Source of the DNA: Guillardia theta CCMP2712 | Lineage: Eukaryota > Protista > Cryptophyta | NCBI RefSeq assembly: GCF_000315625.1 | Contig: NW_005434623.1 | Coordinates: 84,535-148,534 of the forward strand | DNA length: 64,000 bases | Direction of reading: 5' to 3' | In this document: positions 36,406 to 49,148 of the stretch, in pieces | Position numbering within the stretch: position 1 is the first letter of the stretch | How the letters are laid out: every line of letters begins with the position of its first letter | The notes under the pieces: generated by a model | What the model was told of the DNA's origin: nothing | The model's input: the letters and a program-made list of their open reading frames with translations, nothing else | Database searches by the model: none | Position numbers and translations under genes: made by a program

Positions 36406-37033
36406 AGGCGTGTTCGGTACGCCAATTACAGGTGGAATGCTGGTACATCAAAAAATTGAGTAAATCAAATATGGGACCTCGGACCCAGAATTGCAAATTC
36501 AAAAGTTGGTGGAATACACCCACAATTGCATTTCCACCGACTATTGAAACGAGAGCTTTTCGAATTAATGTACCATGAAATTGTTGTACCAGAGGCAATT
36601 TAATGTACGATGAATAATTTGTACCAGAGGCCAATTTGATGTACCGCGAGCTTACAACGCGAATTTAATTTGAATTTCTTGTATTCACCAATCGCGCGCG
36701 CATCAACCATGCAGCAACCTATGCAGGCTGAAGATCCCCACGGCGCTCCACTACGTGTTGGAGCAGGCGATGAAGAACCTAATGCAGTAGGCGTGGGAGA
36801 GCCATCTGAACTGTCCCATGCGGCCATGCAATTCAAGGGGGATGGGGAACAGCGCATGGTAGAGATCATCAAATGTGTCATGCAATACAACGATGGTGCC
36901 ATATTTGAATGGGGGAAGAAGGAGAAGACGCTGAAGGAGGCTCAGGAGGCGCTCAACGGGCATCCTGTGTTTGCAGGGCAGCTGAAGTTGAACACCTTGA
37001 AGGACAAATGTAATTGGCGTACCGAACACGCCT
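36406..37033. mobile_element. 628-bp inverted-repeat-bounded element (non-autonomous PIF/Harbinger-like, or invertible cassette)
   Basis: Perfect 25-bp inverted repeats AGGCGTGTTCGGTACGCCAATTACA at 36406-36430 and 37009-37033; ACT on both outer sides (36403-05, 37034-36); subterminal TGTACC repeats. Confidence 0.8.
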
Positions 37034-37128
37034 ACTGCGTCCCCCCACTGATTGGTCTCGGTTCCGGTCATGATTCAAAATTTCAATATTCATTGACCCT
37101 GACATCTACTGTCAAAGTTTACCCATGA
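36708..37128 (+). pseudogene. Truncated Myb/SANT(trihelix)-like ORF running into the right inverted repeat
   Basis: MVEIIKCVMQY...FEWGKKEKTLKEAQEALNGHPVFAGQLKLNTLKDK resembles a three-helix DNA-binding domain; frame continues through the repeat (CNWRTEHA). Domain call by eye only. Confidence 0.45.
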
Positions 37129-37129
37129 T

Positions 37130-37425
37130 TTCCGACCGGCGAGGCTCTGAGCCGCTGAGCCGCCCGGCCCGGCCCGGCGGTGCCACCGGCCGGGCCGGGC
37201 AGTGGGCCGCGCCGGGCCGCTGAGTGAAGTCCGAGAAAGTACTGTTACTTAACTTTGAGTAAAGTTCCAGGTTCTGGACTACCGCCGGGCTGCCCGGGGC
37301 CGGGCCGATCAGGCAAGTAACGAACTAATCTTGATTGATATCGGTAGCTCCGCCGTGACCAACGGCCGCCGACAGCCTGAGCCATCGGAGCCTCCTCATC
37401 GGCCAGGCTGAGGACCTACGGCAGC
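37130..37425. promoter_or_regulatory. GC-rich island with motif copy C (AGTACTGTTACTTAACTTTGAGTAAAG, 37238-37264)
   Basis: CCGG-rich flanks around a variant of the 27-bp motif. Confidence 0.5.
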
Positions 37426-37475
37426 ATGACGGGGATGAGGATGAGGATGAGGATGAGGATGACGATGACGATGAG

Positions 37476-37510
<35 letters not shown>

Positions 37511-39843
37511 AGCAAACAGTCATGATGAACCTGCCCGGAAGCTAACGACTGAACTTGGGAGAAGAGACTCGATCATCCGATCCGTTCGTGATAGACCTGC
37601 GATATGACAAGAGTGCGGAGGAAGCGAGAAGAGCATGTTAGAGCTCCTGTGCGGTGAGTGAAACATGCGAATCTCTTGATGGTACCCTCCTAGAGGTCCC
37701 AGCGAGAGTTGGGGACAGGGGGAAGAGCCCGGACTCTTGCTCCAGCATGTCACTGTTATTATCTCATTGCTGCTGTTGCCATCAGCAGAATGTCTCCTCA
37801 CCGTGCTCGTTGCTGTCTTTGATCGTCTTGCCGTGAGAGTTGAGGTGGTGTGTGTCTGAACGACTTGGAGCAGACCGACGACTCCCCCAGAGCTCCGACA
37901 GGCTCTGGGTGTAGGAGAGAAGGGACAGCGGGAGGAGTTTGCGAGAAAGATCCTGCAGGATGTGATGGCAGAAGAGAGCCGCCGTTCCTCTCGAAGCAGC
38001 AGGCGGGAGGTACTTGCAAACACGAGAATCACTGCAAGGATTGAACATCCTTCTACAGGACGTTCAGCGGTCAGAGTCAGCGATGAGTTACTATGGTGTT
38101 GACGATGCTTGTATCTTGGAAGCAACTGACGGCCAACGCCAGGCCATGAGCAAAGCTTGTCGATGGAGTCGTTGCATTTGAGGAATGTAAGAGTGTCTGT
38201 GACGACTTCTCTTGCTCTCTTTCTGCCGTCTGACATGGCCGCAGATCGATTCGGCTCGAAGTCACCCGGACTTCCGCTCCTCGTCTCCTCTTGCCATGTC
38301 GCAACGGGTAAGTCTTGAGGCGGTGAGCTGATGGTTGAAAGTGAGTCGCGTGCCACAGCCGCACACGTCAAGAACTGTCGCTGTCTCCTTCTACGACGAG
38401 AAGTTGGAGGTAGAAGATCAAGGTTTGCGCCTGAACGTCCTCCATTCTCATTGTCACCCTATGTGTGTTCTGCAAAGATCCAAGTCACATGGACGACGAG
38501 TTCTTCATCACCTCAACAAAGTTTCACGAGGAGCAATCGCAGCAGCCCAACTCACACCTGAGGTGGTCCTCGCCATGATCGCGTTCCACTGACTCGCTGC
38601 AAGTGCTCCGCAACATGAGCATCATGATGGCGCCAACCACCTGCAGCACCGCCCTCTCCCCTCCGTGGTGTCTTGTGTCTGCATCACGTTGTGACCGTGC
38701 AAGGCTGACCGTTGCCCTTGGACCAGGTCAAGGAGCTTCTCCCTCACTACATGGACCAGACGCCAACGGGGCGGCAGGAAGCAGCTCTTAAGGTCCTGCA
38801 GCCCCCTCCTCCCGCCTGTCTCTCACTACCCGCAGACACGAGAGATGAAAGGAGCAGAAAGGATCCTGTCATATTACGCTAAAGTCTGCTGACATGTAAG
38901 TGTTGGTCGCCTCTGACGGCCTGACTCAGCCGGGGTTGCCATGGACGGCAGCGACGAAGCAAGCAAGGTTCCTGCAGCGAGTGGAGAGAGCAAGAGAGGC
39001 AAGAGGAGCACCCGATCCCGCAGCTCCCTGCTCACCTGCTCCCAGAGTTGCTCTGAGCTCTCCAACAAGCTCGAGTCCGAAATCATCCGGTCCTCTCAGC
39101 AAGACACGCAAGAGCAGCAGAGCCTGCGCTTTCGCATCTCCAAGGTACAAGCCAGCTCCTCTTCTCTTCGTCTCCTCAGTCTCGCCAGCAACTGGACAAT
39201 GAGAGCAAGCACCTTGAGCGCAGCATCGACGTTAGCCATGGCCGGATCGCCATCTACCCTGCCTCAGCGGCAGCTTCGAGGTTTGACCAGGAGGAAGAGA
39301 GAGGAGGAGGAGAGTGGGAGGAGGAGAGAGGAGAAGGAGAAAGAGAGAGGAAGTGAGAGGAGAAGGAGAAGGAGAAGGAGAAAGAGAGAGCAGGGGGAGG
39401 AGATAAAAGAGAAGTTACAAGTAAGCAGGGTGAACTATGAGTCGGGCCTCTCATGGGCGCCAACAAGCATCCCCTGGAGGAAGGATCCCCTGTCAGGGGA
39501 ATGGATCCGGGTAGACAAGCAGAGCTTCTGGGGTGGAGGTGAGAGCTATGGCACCTGTTGCTTCCCTCTTACGCTTCTCACAGGCTACCACGTGGCTCGA
39601 CCGAGAACAACAGATGAGCCTTTTGTACAGTTGGATGCAAATTCCGTGAAGACCATCGTCAACCCGGTCTGCCTCTCCTGCTCCTGCTTCTCTTCCTACT
39701 CCTGCTTCTCTCCCTGCTCCTGCTTCTCTTCCTACTCCTGCTTCTCTCCCTGCTCCTGCTTCTCCTCGTTCCCCTCCTTCTACCCTCACAACCGTGTTTG
39801 CTGCAGGTTCTCCGCCATATCCGACCGCCCAAGTAAGGACTAG
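37426..39843 (+). CDS. Multi-exon hypothetical gene(s)
   Basis: Series of short coding-like segments flanked by GT/AG; no recognisable domain; structure unresolved. Confidence 0.3.
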
Positions 39844-40483
39844 ACAGGCATCGCTTCTTCTCGTGACGTGAAGGCAGGAGGCTCGAGGAGAAGGAGCGAT
39901 CTCTCCGCAGCAAGGTGGGCGGAGGCTTCGGCATGAGGTGATGCATCTTGCTAGTCCATCTCGTGACCTCCTGGCAGCGCCGTCGCCTCCTTGGGCGACC
40001 CGCGACCGACGCCCAGCAGGTCGCATGTCCTCGCACCTTCGCGCGACTCTGACGGTAGTGCAGGCCTGCGCTGGAACGAGGGCTCTTCTTGCTGCCACAG
40101 TGAGAACAGAACTGTCCTCCTGCTGCTGCTGCTGCTGCTGCTGCCCGTGCTCCTGTGACCCGCACGCTTGTCCTGATAGTGTCATTTATTTGATTCTCAC
40201 CTTTCCTCTGTAATTAAATCTCTACAACCATCTCCTCCTCGCCACCATGAGGACGTACTCGCCTCAGATGTCGAGCATGCTCCCTCCCTTTGGTGACTCG
40301 TCCAGCTCCGACTCATCACTTTCATCCTGCACCAGCCGCATGAGCAACAAGGGGGACGAGAAAGACAGCAGACACCTCCATGTCGTCGTCGTATAGCCCG
40401 TCTGGGATCATCCTGCAATCTCTTGTCAGCGCTAGAGGACATCGGAGCTCGGTTGTCACATGCTGTTTTTGTCGTCCAGCGAG

Positions 40484-41033
40484 TCATCGTACATCCCGCA
40501 ATTCTTGAGGTTGCTCCTTGGGAGGAGCATGAGGATACAGGACTTCACACTGACGTCTCACCTTGTCATGTCCAGCCATGAGCTGTAGTACATATGCATA
40601 TTCTCGTCGGTGACCTGAACAGCACTCCGTCAACGGTTCTCCGAGCAGCCCAGAGGCTCCTCGCACCCGCACGATCGGTCTTGAGACATCGACAGAAAGA
40701 GCAAGAAGATCCACGGGAGGCATACGGGTACGCGTTCTCCGATCGAAGAAAGTCACCTGCCCCCCACCAACTGTCAATTCGCTCCCTCCCTTTCCCTTCT
40801 TGCCCTTCCTCCCCCTTCATGTCCTTCCTTTTCCCGTCCTCCACTCACAGTGCCAAGGTTGCGCAGGGTGGCGTGTTCTCCCTCATACCTGCGTGCACGA
40901 GTGAGCACCGGGGATACATCACAGTCTCAGGAATCAAGAGCATGCGTGAGCAAACATCGCAAGGTGTCGTGACTGATCTTACCGCGCCAGGTCTTCCAGG
41001 TTCATGAAGTTGCTGTCTGACTCCTGCACGCAT
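40484..41033 (-). CDS. Multi-exon hypothetical protein fragment
   Basis: Plausible spliced chain ...PPCATLAL|VTFFDRRTRTRMPPVDLLALSVDVSRPIVRVRG...MAGHDK|; no function recognised. Confidence 0.3.
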
Positions 41034-42779
41034 TCTCAGACTTCAGCCACCATCTTCTCCTGCTCACCTCATCTGCATCGTTGTCGTAGTTGAGTAGCTG
41101 CGCGGGGGTCGGCCTTCCAAAAATGCTGCTACACAATGGTTAGACAGGACAGGCTAGTGAAGTTGCAGAGGGGCAATGTGTGGAGGGAGGAGGGAGGGAG
41201 GGAGGGAGGGAGGGGTCAGAAGATCCGGATGAGATTGGAAGGCTCGACCCTTTAAAGGAGCTAGAGGAGTAACATGCAGGATGGACTTACCCTGCCCCAA
41301 TAGTATAAGGTGCTTGTACTATAGTAGACATTGAGAAGAAGATTTGGGTTTTTGATGGAAACCTGACAGCACAGTCATTGCTTGCTCATCGGTGAGGTCT
41401 CAATGCTGTTAGAAAGCGATCATTGGCATGGAATTCTACATGAATAGAGGCAGCGTTGTTTCAGGAGTTAGCTGGCCAATGTTTCGGCAGCGAAAGACTC
41501 GACATCAGGTGTTGAAAAAGAGAATCGTCATATATAGAGCACCAAGAGCATTCGAGGTAGATGATGAACAAGGGGAGACTACAGAGCACGTTGAGTGAAA
41601 GAAGCTGGTGCATGAGCTCTCAGACAAGAAGGTCAAGAACTTTGGTTGGTTTCTGGCCTCTGGACTCCTTGAGCTGCTCGAAAAGATGGGGGAGAGGATG
41701 GAGGTTCAATGGAAGGAGGGATGGAGGGATGGAGAAGCAGAAGGAAGGAGGGAGCGGGAACGGGGATAGGAGGAGGGAGGAGGAGGGGAAAGCGGCGGAA
41801 GCAGACGAAGAGTGGCATGGGACTCTGCATGAGAGTTGTGGGTTGAAGAGTGACACCTTCATCGAAACAAAAACTAAATTTTCCTCACCCTACCCTTCCA
41901 ATTACGTTATTATACCACTTCAAAGTACCCCTCATTCAAAAACACCTCAAAAAAGAATGTTTCAATACCAGAATTTGAAACAGCTAAAATTTGTTCACTT
42001 GTCGGTTCTCTACTCCAAAATGATTCAAATTGGACGGGTGGGGACAGTGGTAGAAGGGGGGTGGTCTAGTTGGTATGGGTGTCCTAAAGATCTTTGTGCA
42101 CAAGTACCCGTGCATTTTACTTCAAAAACAATGGTCCTTTGAAGTATTGTACCTACCCCTACCCCTCTGCGTAATGGACCTGTATGTCATGTTACACCAC
42201 CCCTTCGGAGATGGAAAGACGCAAAGATACCGGTGGTTTTTCCTCCTGTAGTCATGTTGGGAGGGTAGAGGTACTTGACAAGGAACCTCATGATCCACAG
42301 GGTACTCGCCTCTCGATGATTAGTAGGGGTACTTTGAAGTCACTTGATGGGTAGTGGTCAATTTCACAGTGGTATAACCGGCTCCAATGGTGGATAGGGG
42401 TGATCAAGCACCGGTGGTACCCCGTCCCTTGGGTCAACAAAATGGATCGGCCGGGGATCCGGGGGTAGGGTACTGAGAAGGGTAGGGTAGGGATATGGGG
42501 GTGGGTCATGGTACCGCTGGCTGTGAAAAATAGACCGAGATACCAAAAAATCAGAGATGGTAGGGTGCTTGGATCTATGGTTCCTGGAAGGGGTAGTATG
42601 AACTAATGAGTGAAAGGGTGGGTATTTTACCTAGTAACATGCATAACTTAGATGGGTAGGGGGTCCTGGAAGCGTTTAATCTCAGGGTGGGGTTATTTTA
42701 TTGTGTGCAGGGGTACACCCTGACAAAAAAAACGCCGTCCTTTTACAACGGTACAGCACACAATGTGACGATTAAAATT

Positions 42780-43420
42780 ACTCAACTGTGACTCTACTGG
42801 GCCAGGCTCAGTCACCAGGCTGGCCCCGAGACGGCGGCTCGGACCGGACCGCAGCCGTGAGCGGCCGGCCGGGCCGGGCGCGGCCCGCTGCACGGTACGG
42901 CCGTCCGCCGCGGCGCGTACGGTACTACAGTAAGTTTTTGGTACTAAGCCCCTTTTACTCCGAGGCTCTGTGATCGCCGCAGTGTCAGGGTCAAGCAGCC
43001 TCCCGCAGTCTACCGTAGCAGTACCGTACTGTGAGTCGGACGCCGCCGGCGTCCGAGGGTTGTCATGACCGTCGACCGTCGGACCGTGCCCCAGGCACTC
43101 TCGAAGGCTGACACCGAGGGTCGGACCCGGCTGCAGGCGGCGGCCGGCCGGCACGCTTGCGCCGGCGGCCAGTGTGACAGTGTCGGCGCCGGGCCCGCGG
43201 CGGCCCCGGGCCGCCCGAGTCCGACGGTCCGCGGCCGGCCCGTGCCGGGCTGTGACTCCGACACTGAGTCAGGGCAGGCTCCGCCGGGTCCGGCGTGTCT
43301 GCCGAGTCCCCCGGCTCTATACTGTTGTGCAGCAACGACAGCATGTGAACAGCGGCTACGCGGCAGCCCCGCCGCCCCGCCGACCGCGAGATCGAGTCGG
43401 CTTCTTTCGGAGAGCTTTAC
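42780..43420. other. GC-rich CCGG/TGACTC intergenic island
   Basis: Same vocabulary as 27930-29198; directly 3' of the MAEA stop; no clear full copy of the 27-bp motif. Confidence 0.65.
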
Positions 43421-43471
43421 AGTGTGGGGCAAGTTGAGCCTATCTTCAGGGCGGCGATTTTTACAGTGGTG

Positions 43472-46017
43472 TCACGAGATGTATACCTTGCGGAGATCAG
43501 AGAAGTCATAAGTATCGCCAGACTTGGGGCATGTGACTTGACCCTTCCAAAGAAAGCAGTCAAACCAGAGTTAATGCAGGGGAAGAAGCAGCCAAGGAGG
43601 AGGTACCATGTTGGATGCCGCCATGTCCATAAGCGCCTGGGTGCTGTACACGTTGCCATTGGGAAGCGCCATAGGACTGCAAGCTAGCATCAGCTGAGAA
43701 GTGTAGAGACCTGGTTGGGCTGGGTTGGATGGGGACGAAGGAGGGAGGAGGGAGGAGGGAGGAGGGAGGAGGGAGGAGGGAGGAGGGAGGAGGGAGGAGG
43801 GAGGAGGGAGGGGCGATGAGGGAGGAGGGAGGAGGGGTGGGGAGTGAGGGAGAAGGGAGGAGGATAGCCGGTGATCGACTCTGACTCACGGGTTGTGCTC
43901 ATTCATGATCGCCCCGCTTATGCTGCAGACGAGAGTTGAGTGCATGTGATGCTAATTGCATTAGTCAGGACATGATGGGTACACCAGAAAGCGAGAATAG
44001 GGGAGGAGGATGAGGAGGAGGAGGAGGAGGAGGAGGAGGAGAAAGAGTGAGGACGGGTCAATAGCAAAGTATAGACGGGCGGGGGGAGAGAGGAATCTTG
44101 AAAACGAGAGCAGAGAGGGAAAGAGCTAGGGAGAGAGGCATAGAGGAGGGGAGAAAGACCGCAATAGGGAGATCCTGAGCAATCTGAGCAAGGACGGGAT
44201 GACAGACGGGGCATCCGCTGTTTGGCTCGGGGTCCTGATGAGGAGAGGTGAGCAAGAGCGATGGACGGATAGGAGAAGAGTACTTCGACACAACGAGTTG
44301 TCTTGAGACAAGTCAGACCTGCTTGGAGAGTAATCATCAGCAGGGACTGCAAGGAATGTCAGAGTGCAGGGATGAACGGGGTTGACGCAAAAGTTCCTGG
44401 GAGGATATCGCGTTGAGAAGGCAAAGCTCCTTCTTGAACTGTTTGGCAAGTTCTATCCTCCTCTCATTCTCAAACAATCCTTTGTAGGGCTGGACCTGAA
44501 CCCCAACACTCAGCTCACACTCAAATCCCAGCAACTCATCACATCTGTGTCTCTCTGGAACGCCAGGATTGCCATGTACCTTCACAACCTCTCAGATCAC
44601 AGTGGAAGGGCTGGGAGCTAGGAGATACTTCTTAATGGTCACAAAGTTTTCCTTGCAAGAAGGCCCGAGGTGCTTCCTAGCATACTGCACCGCCTCCTGT
44701 GAACAAGAGATGAGAAGAAATAGGACAAGTGGTTGACGTGAACCTGTACGGCTTCTTTACGCACCAGCTCCACAAAAGCTTGTAATCGAAGTTGAAACTC
44801 AAGGTTTGACTGTTGAAAACCAACGAGCACCCCAGATGTCAACAGGCGATTACATTTATTTCACACCATCACCTTTGATTTTTTTAGCTTCGTCTTGTTT
44901 GCTTGGCACCATTTTATGGCTAAGATCGTGTGAGATGATGGGAGACAGCAGCCTTTCACAGTCATCATCTGTGAGCTCACCTGGACTGCAGTCCCCTTCC
45001 AGGAGAGCAGCAAGAATAGGGGCTGCCTGAACAGAAGTTTTTACCAACAGCATCCAAAGTAACAAGCGCAGGACCTCCTTGTACATGTCTAGATCGACAA
45101 ATCTCTCGAGGTTCTCCTCCTGTTGCCATCATCTCAGCATCATTGTTCTGGCTCGAGCATCATAACAAAGAGATAACATGTCCACCTTGATAATCATAGA
45201 CGCAGTCTCCAGCATCCCAAACCTTGCGAGGTGATCTGCAAGAAATCTGTCCAACCGCTTGTTCTCCTTTCTACGAAGTGGGATGAGTGAAGGGAAGTCG
45301 AGCTAACGATCACGTCACATAGCGCATCGAGTATCGTCGACATGTTCTTGATTTTCTCTGCCATGAGATCATCAGCAACTTCATCACCATCCAACAGCAT
45401 TGATGAGGATGTAGGAATGAGGAAGAAGAGGGCAAAACAAAGGTAAGAGTCGCAGCCAAGTGCCGCCTCCCAATCACCTCAGCAGGTGAAGCCTCGCTTC
45501 CATATGTTCCAATTTTGTATCTTCCTCCTACAGCTCAGTCACATCCTTCCCCTACATTGCAGCACATCCTTCACCTTGTCCACGTCCTCCAGCTTCCGTT
45601 TCAAGACCTGTATCCGTCCAACCAGCCTTGAAGGCCTCAGGGCATGCGGGAGTTCAGCGTGCAAGACAGGGCACACCTTGAGAGCTCTGTGCCTGCAACG
45701 TCTTTGCTTGGCTTTCCTTTCTTCAAGTCTAGGGGAGCCCGAAAAGATGTCATTCTGATGCCATGAATGATGCTGCCGCTGCACCTGCCAAGACCGATGC
45801 GATCATTTCAAGCTCCTTGGTCACAAGCTTTTGCTGATTCTTGGCAACCCTGGAAGATTGAGAGTAAGGAGTCGAAGATGGATGAGACTTTAAACCTGTT
45901 CATATTCTCTAACGCGTTCTTGATCAAGGCATTCTCCACATAGTTGCCTGTTCACTTCTGGTCATGTGGACCTTCAACCAACAAGCATTCTGGTCAACCA
46001 TGGCTGTCGTGCGGCAT
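43472..46017 (-). CDS. MAEA: MAEA/Fyv10/Gid9 subunit of the CTLH/GID E3 ligase, multi-exon
   Basis: Exons: VAKNQQKLVTKELE; RIQVLKRKLE; KRLDRFLADHLARFGMLETA (LisH); AIKWCQANKTKLKK, SNLEFQLRLQAFVELVR, EAVQYARKHL (CTLH/CRA); LQAGLTCLKTTRC, CPVCH, MNEHNP, PMALPNGNVYS, VTCPKSGDTYDFSDLRKVYIS-stop (degenerate RING). Start tentative. Confidence 0.9.
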
Positions 46018-47045
46018 TGTCCTCCTCCAACCACACAACTCCTGCCGACCCAGCATCATGTCTTGAACGGAAACAGACCGTATCATATCAATCTATCACT
46101 TCCTCGAAATTTGCAAGAGTTGTGCCCGCAACAAGGAAAGTTTGATGGCCATGGATGTCAATGCCCATTCCTCTCCTCTCCTCTCCTCTCCTCTCCCCTC
46201 TCCTCCTCTCAGTCATCTCTCTCCTTCCTCTCTCCCTTTTCCAGATCCTTTCTGTCTCCCTCGTTCTCCCAGTCCTCGCTTCTCGATTCAGCATAATCTC
46301 TTCCCCAAAGCATCACTTCTGGACCTCCACCCCTTCAGAATGTGAAGGTGCCTTCATATCACCAGGTGTTTTCACCTATAAAGTACCGGTACTGGGACCA
46401 CCCACCCATTGCAATATTGTAATGCGTCGCCAAGGTGATCCGAGAAAGATGGTAGACCTGTTGGTCATTGAGAACCTGGAAAGATGGCAGACCTCAGATA
46501 GAAAGAGTTTGAAAGCTATTTGAAAGGTACCACCCAGAGTGAACCCAAACTTCTCTGCTATTTAGGTGGGTGGGGGTACTGACCTGTCATCCGCATGGCA
46601 GGGGTTGGTGGTAGTGATGATACCCTCATTTTCCTATTACCTTGATCAGAGAATACAGGACCATCATAGGGCAACCTTTCTAGCAAGGCTAACTTGGAAG
46701 AAGCAAGGGGGTGGGGTAGTCTCACTGAAACCTGCCAGTCTGGCGGGAGTTGGAAGACTGGGCGAAATGCTGAAAGGTAAGGAGTGCGAACGAGGAACTC
46801 AAGAAGCTATGGGAGAGTCGCCGCATGTGCGACAAGACCTTGCACTTGAGAAGACCGTGAGAATGCTCTAGAACCTCCGAGGAGAGAACTTGGGCTGAGA
46901 GAGGTGAACAAGATGACCAGCAGGAGGACTAGGAGGCAGAACCTGATAGGGCAGCGATAAAATTATGAACCTAGAGGCTTGTGGTGGAGCAGGCAAGGTG
47001 CTGACTGCGAGCTGCCTGCTGTTTGCAGCTGCCGCCAATGCGGTC

Positions 47046-48049
47046 ATGGGTGTGACTATGATGGACAAAAAGTCAGAGACTGTCCGGGTAAGACCGAGTC
47101 ACCCTTTTCGTGATAGCCTCTGCAAACTGCGAATGACGCTCGTTCAGGTTGTGGTCAGATGCCGCCCTCTCTCCTCCAAGGAGGTTGAAAACGAGAAGAC
47201 AATGATCGTAGAGATCGACGACAAGATTGGGGAGGTGCCGCTTCCTCCTTCATCCTTCCTCCTTCCTCCCCCCCTCCCCCCGTCCCCCCCTCATAATGGA
47301 AATCCCCACAGATCGCAGTGAACCCTCCCAAGGAGATCAACGAGCCCCCTAAGAGATTCACCTTCGACATGGTCGGTGCCTGAGAGGGCAAGGAGGCAGA
47401 GCTGATTCGCCGCTGGCCAGGTGTATCCTCCCAACACCAAACAGGACTACCTCTTCGAGACGACCGGACTTCCTATCTGCCAGTCTGTGATGGACGGCTA
47501 CAACGGTACAATCTTCGCCTACGGCCAGACCGGGACAGGAAAGACGCACACCATGGAGGTGAGGGAGGACGAGGGGAGCATGCCAGTGTGCCGCTGAGTT
47601 GCTCCTGCAATCAGGGAGTGTGGGAGGTCCCAGAGCTCCGAGGGATCACTCCTCGCTCCTTCTCCTTCATGTTCGAGCAGGTCGGGGACGACGGTCGACC
47701 GCCATTCTCCCAGCTGACCTGCTCCTCCTGCAGATCGATGGGATGCGGAACGTGTCGTTCCTGATCAGAGCATCGTACCTCGAGATCTACAACGAGGAGG
47801 TCCACGAGCCCTTGGCGGCTCCAGAGCTCTGCAGGGCTGACGGCTGAGACAGGTCAGAGACCTGCTTAGCAAAGATCCCAGCAGGAAGCTGGACCTGAAG
47901 GAGGTGTCGTTGGCAGCGGCCGTGAGGGGACGTGACGAGGGGGCGTGACAGGACCTGGAGAAGGGAGTCTACGTCAAGGACCTGACGCAGCACATTGTTA
48001 GGAGCCACAAGGACTGCGAGCAGGTGAAGGATTATGATGATGATGATAA

Positions 48050-48081
<32 letters not shown>

Positions 48082-48912
48082 AGGAGGAGGGAGGAGGGAG
48101 GAGGGAGGGAGGNNNNNNNNNNNNNNNNNNNNNNNNNNNNNNNNNNNNNNNNNNNNNNNNNNNNNNNNNNNNNNNNNNNNNNNNNNNNNNNNNNNNNNNN
48201 NNNNNNNNNNNNAGAGATAGTAGTAGTAGTAGGAGGAGGAGGTGGAGGAGTGTGGAATTGAACCTCCTGTCCTGCTTTAATTCGCTCAGCTCTGACCCAC
48301 CTGATTTCCTGCAGGTCATGCTGGCTGGCAAGAGGAATCGATCAGTGAGCTCGATCGGCTTCTCCTGTCAGTTCACTGAGAGCTCGTTGACCCAGATAGG
48401 CGCAACGTTGATGAACGCGGAGAGCTCTCGGTCCCACTCAGTCTTTACCATTGTGGTACGTGCGAGAGGGCGAGCAGGGGAGCAGACGAAGGGATGAGGA
48501 TGGAGTGTTGGGGTTAACGGTCATGCTGATGTCACAGTGAGGAGGAGGAGGAGGAGGAGGAGGAGGAGGAGGAGGAGGAGGAGGAGGAGGAGGAGGAGGA
48601 GGCATCTTTGTCGTCCTTGCTCCTCTTTCCTTTCCTACTCCTTAGAGCTTCGCAGGTCGAAAGCAGCAAAACTGATGATAGAGGAGAGTCCCATGTCCGG
48701 TATGGTTGCCTTCCTCACTCCTCCGCCATTTCCGCTTCCCCCTTTTCCTCCTCTCTTTGCTCTCCTCTTCTCCTCTCTCCTCTCCTTCCTTCCTTGCGCT
48801 CTCCCCTCTTCCTTCCTTTCCTGCATCTCACTGTTCTCAACTGAAATTCTCGTCAGCGTTGGGAAACTCAACCTTGTCGATCTTGCGGGATCCGAGGTTT
48901 CTTGTCCCCTTT

Positions 48913-48950
<38 letters not shown>

Positions 48951-49099
48951 TCTCGTTTCAGAATTCCCTTATATGTGAGTAACATGTTGCACAGCGTCAG
49001 GGCAAGACAGGGGCGACCGGCGAGAGGCTGAAGGAAGCAACCAAGATCAACTTGTCGCTGAGTGGTGACATGAAATTACTCTTTCTTCCTTTCCCATGC

Positions 49100-49148
<49 letters not shown>

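Noticed and set aside
31909-36474. TATGG pentamers (31909, 35959, 36470) as CryptonS termini
   Set aside because: 5-bp matches are expected by chance and are on the strand opposite the gene; cannot fix ends without other copies.
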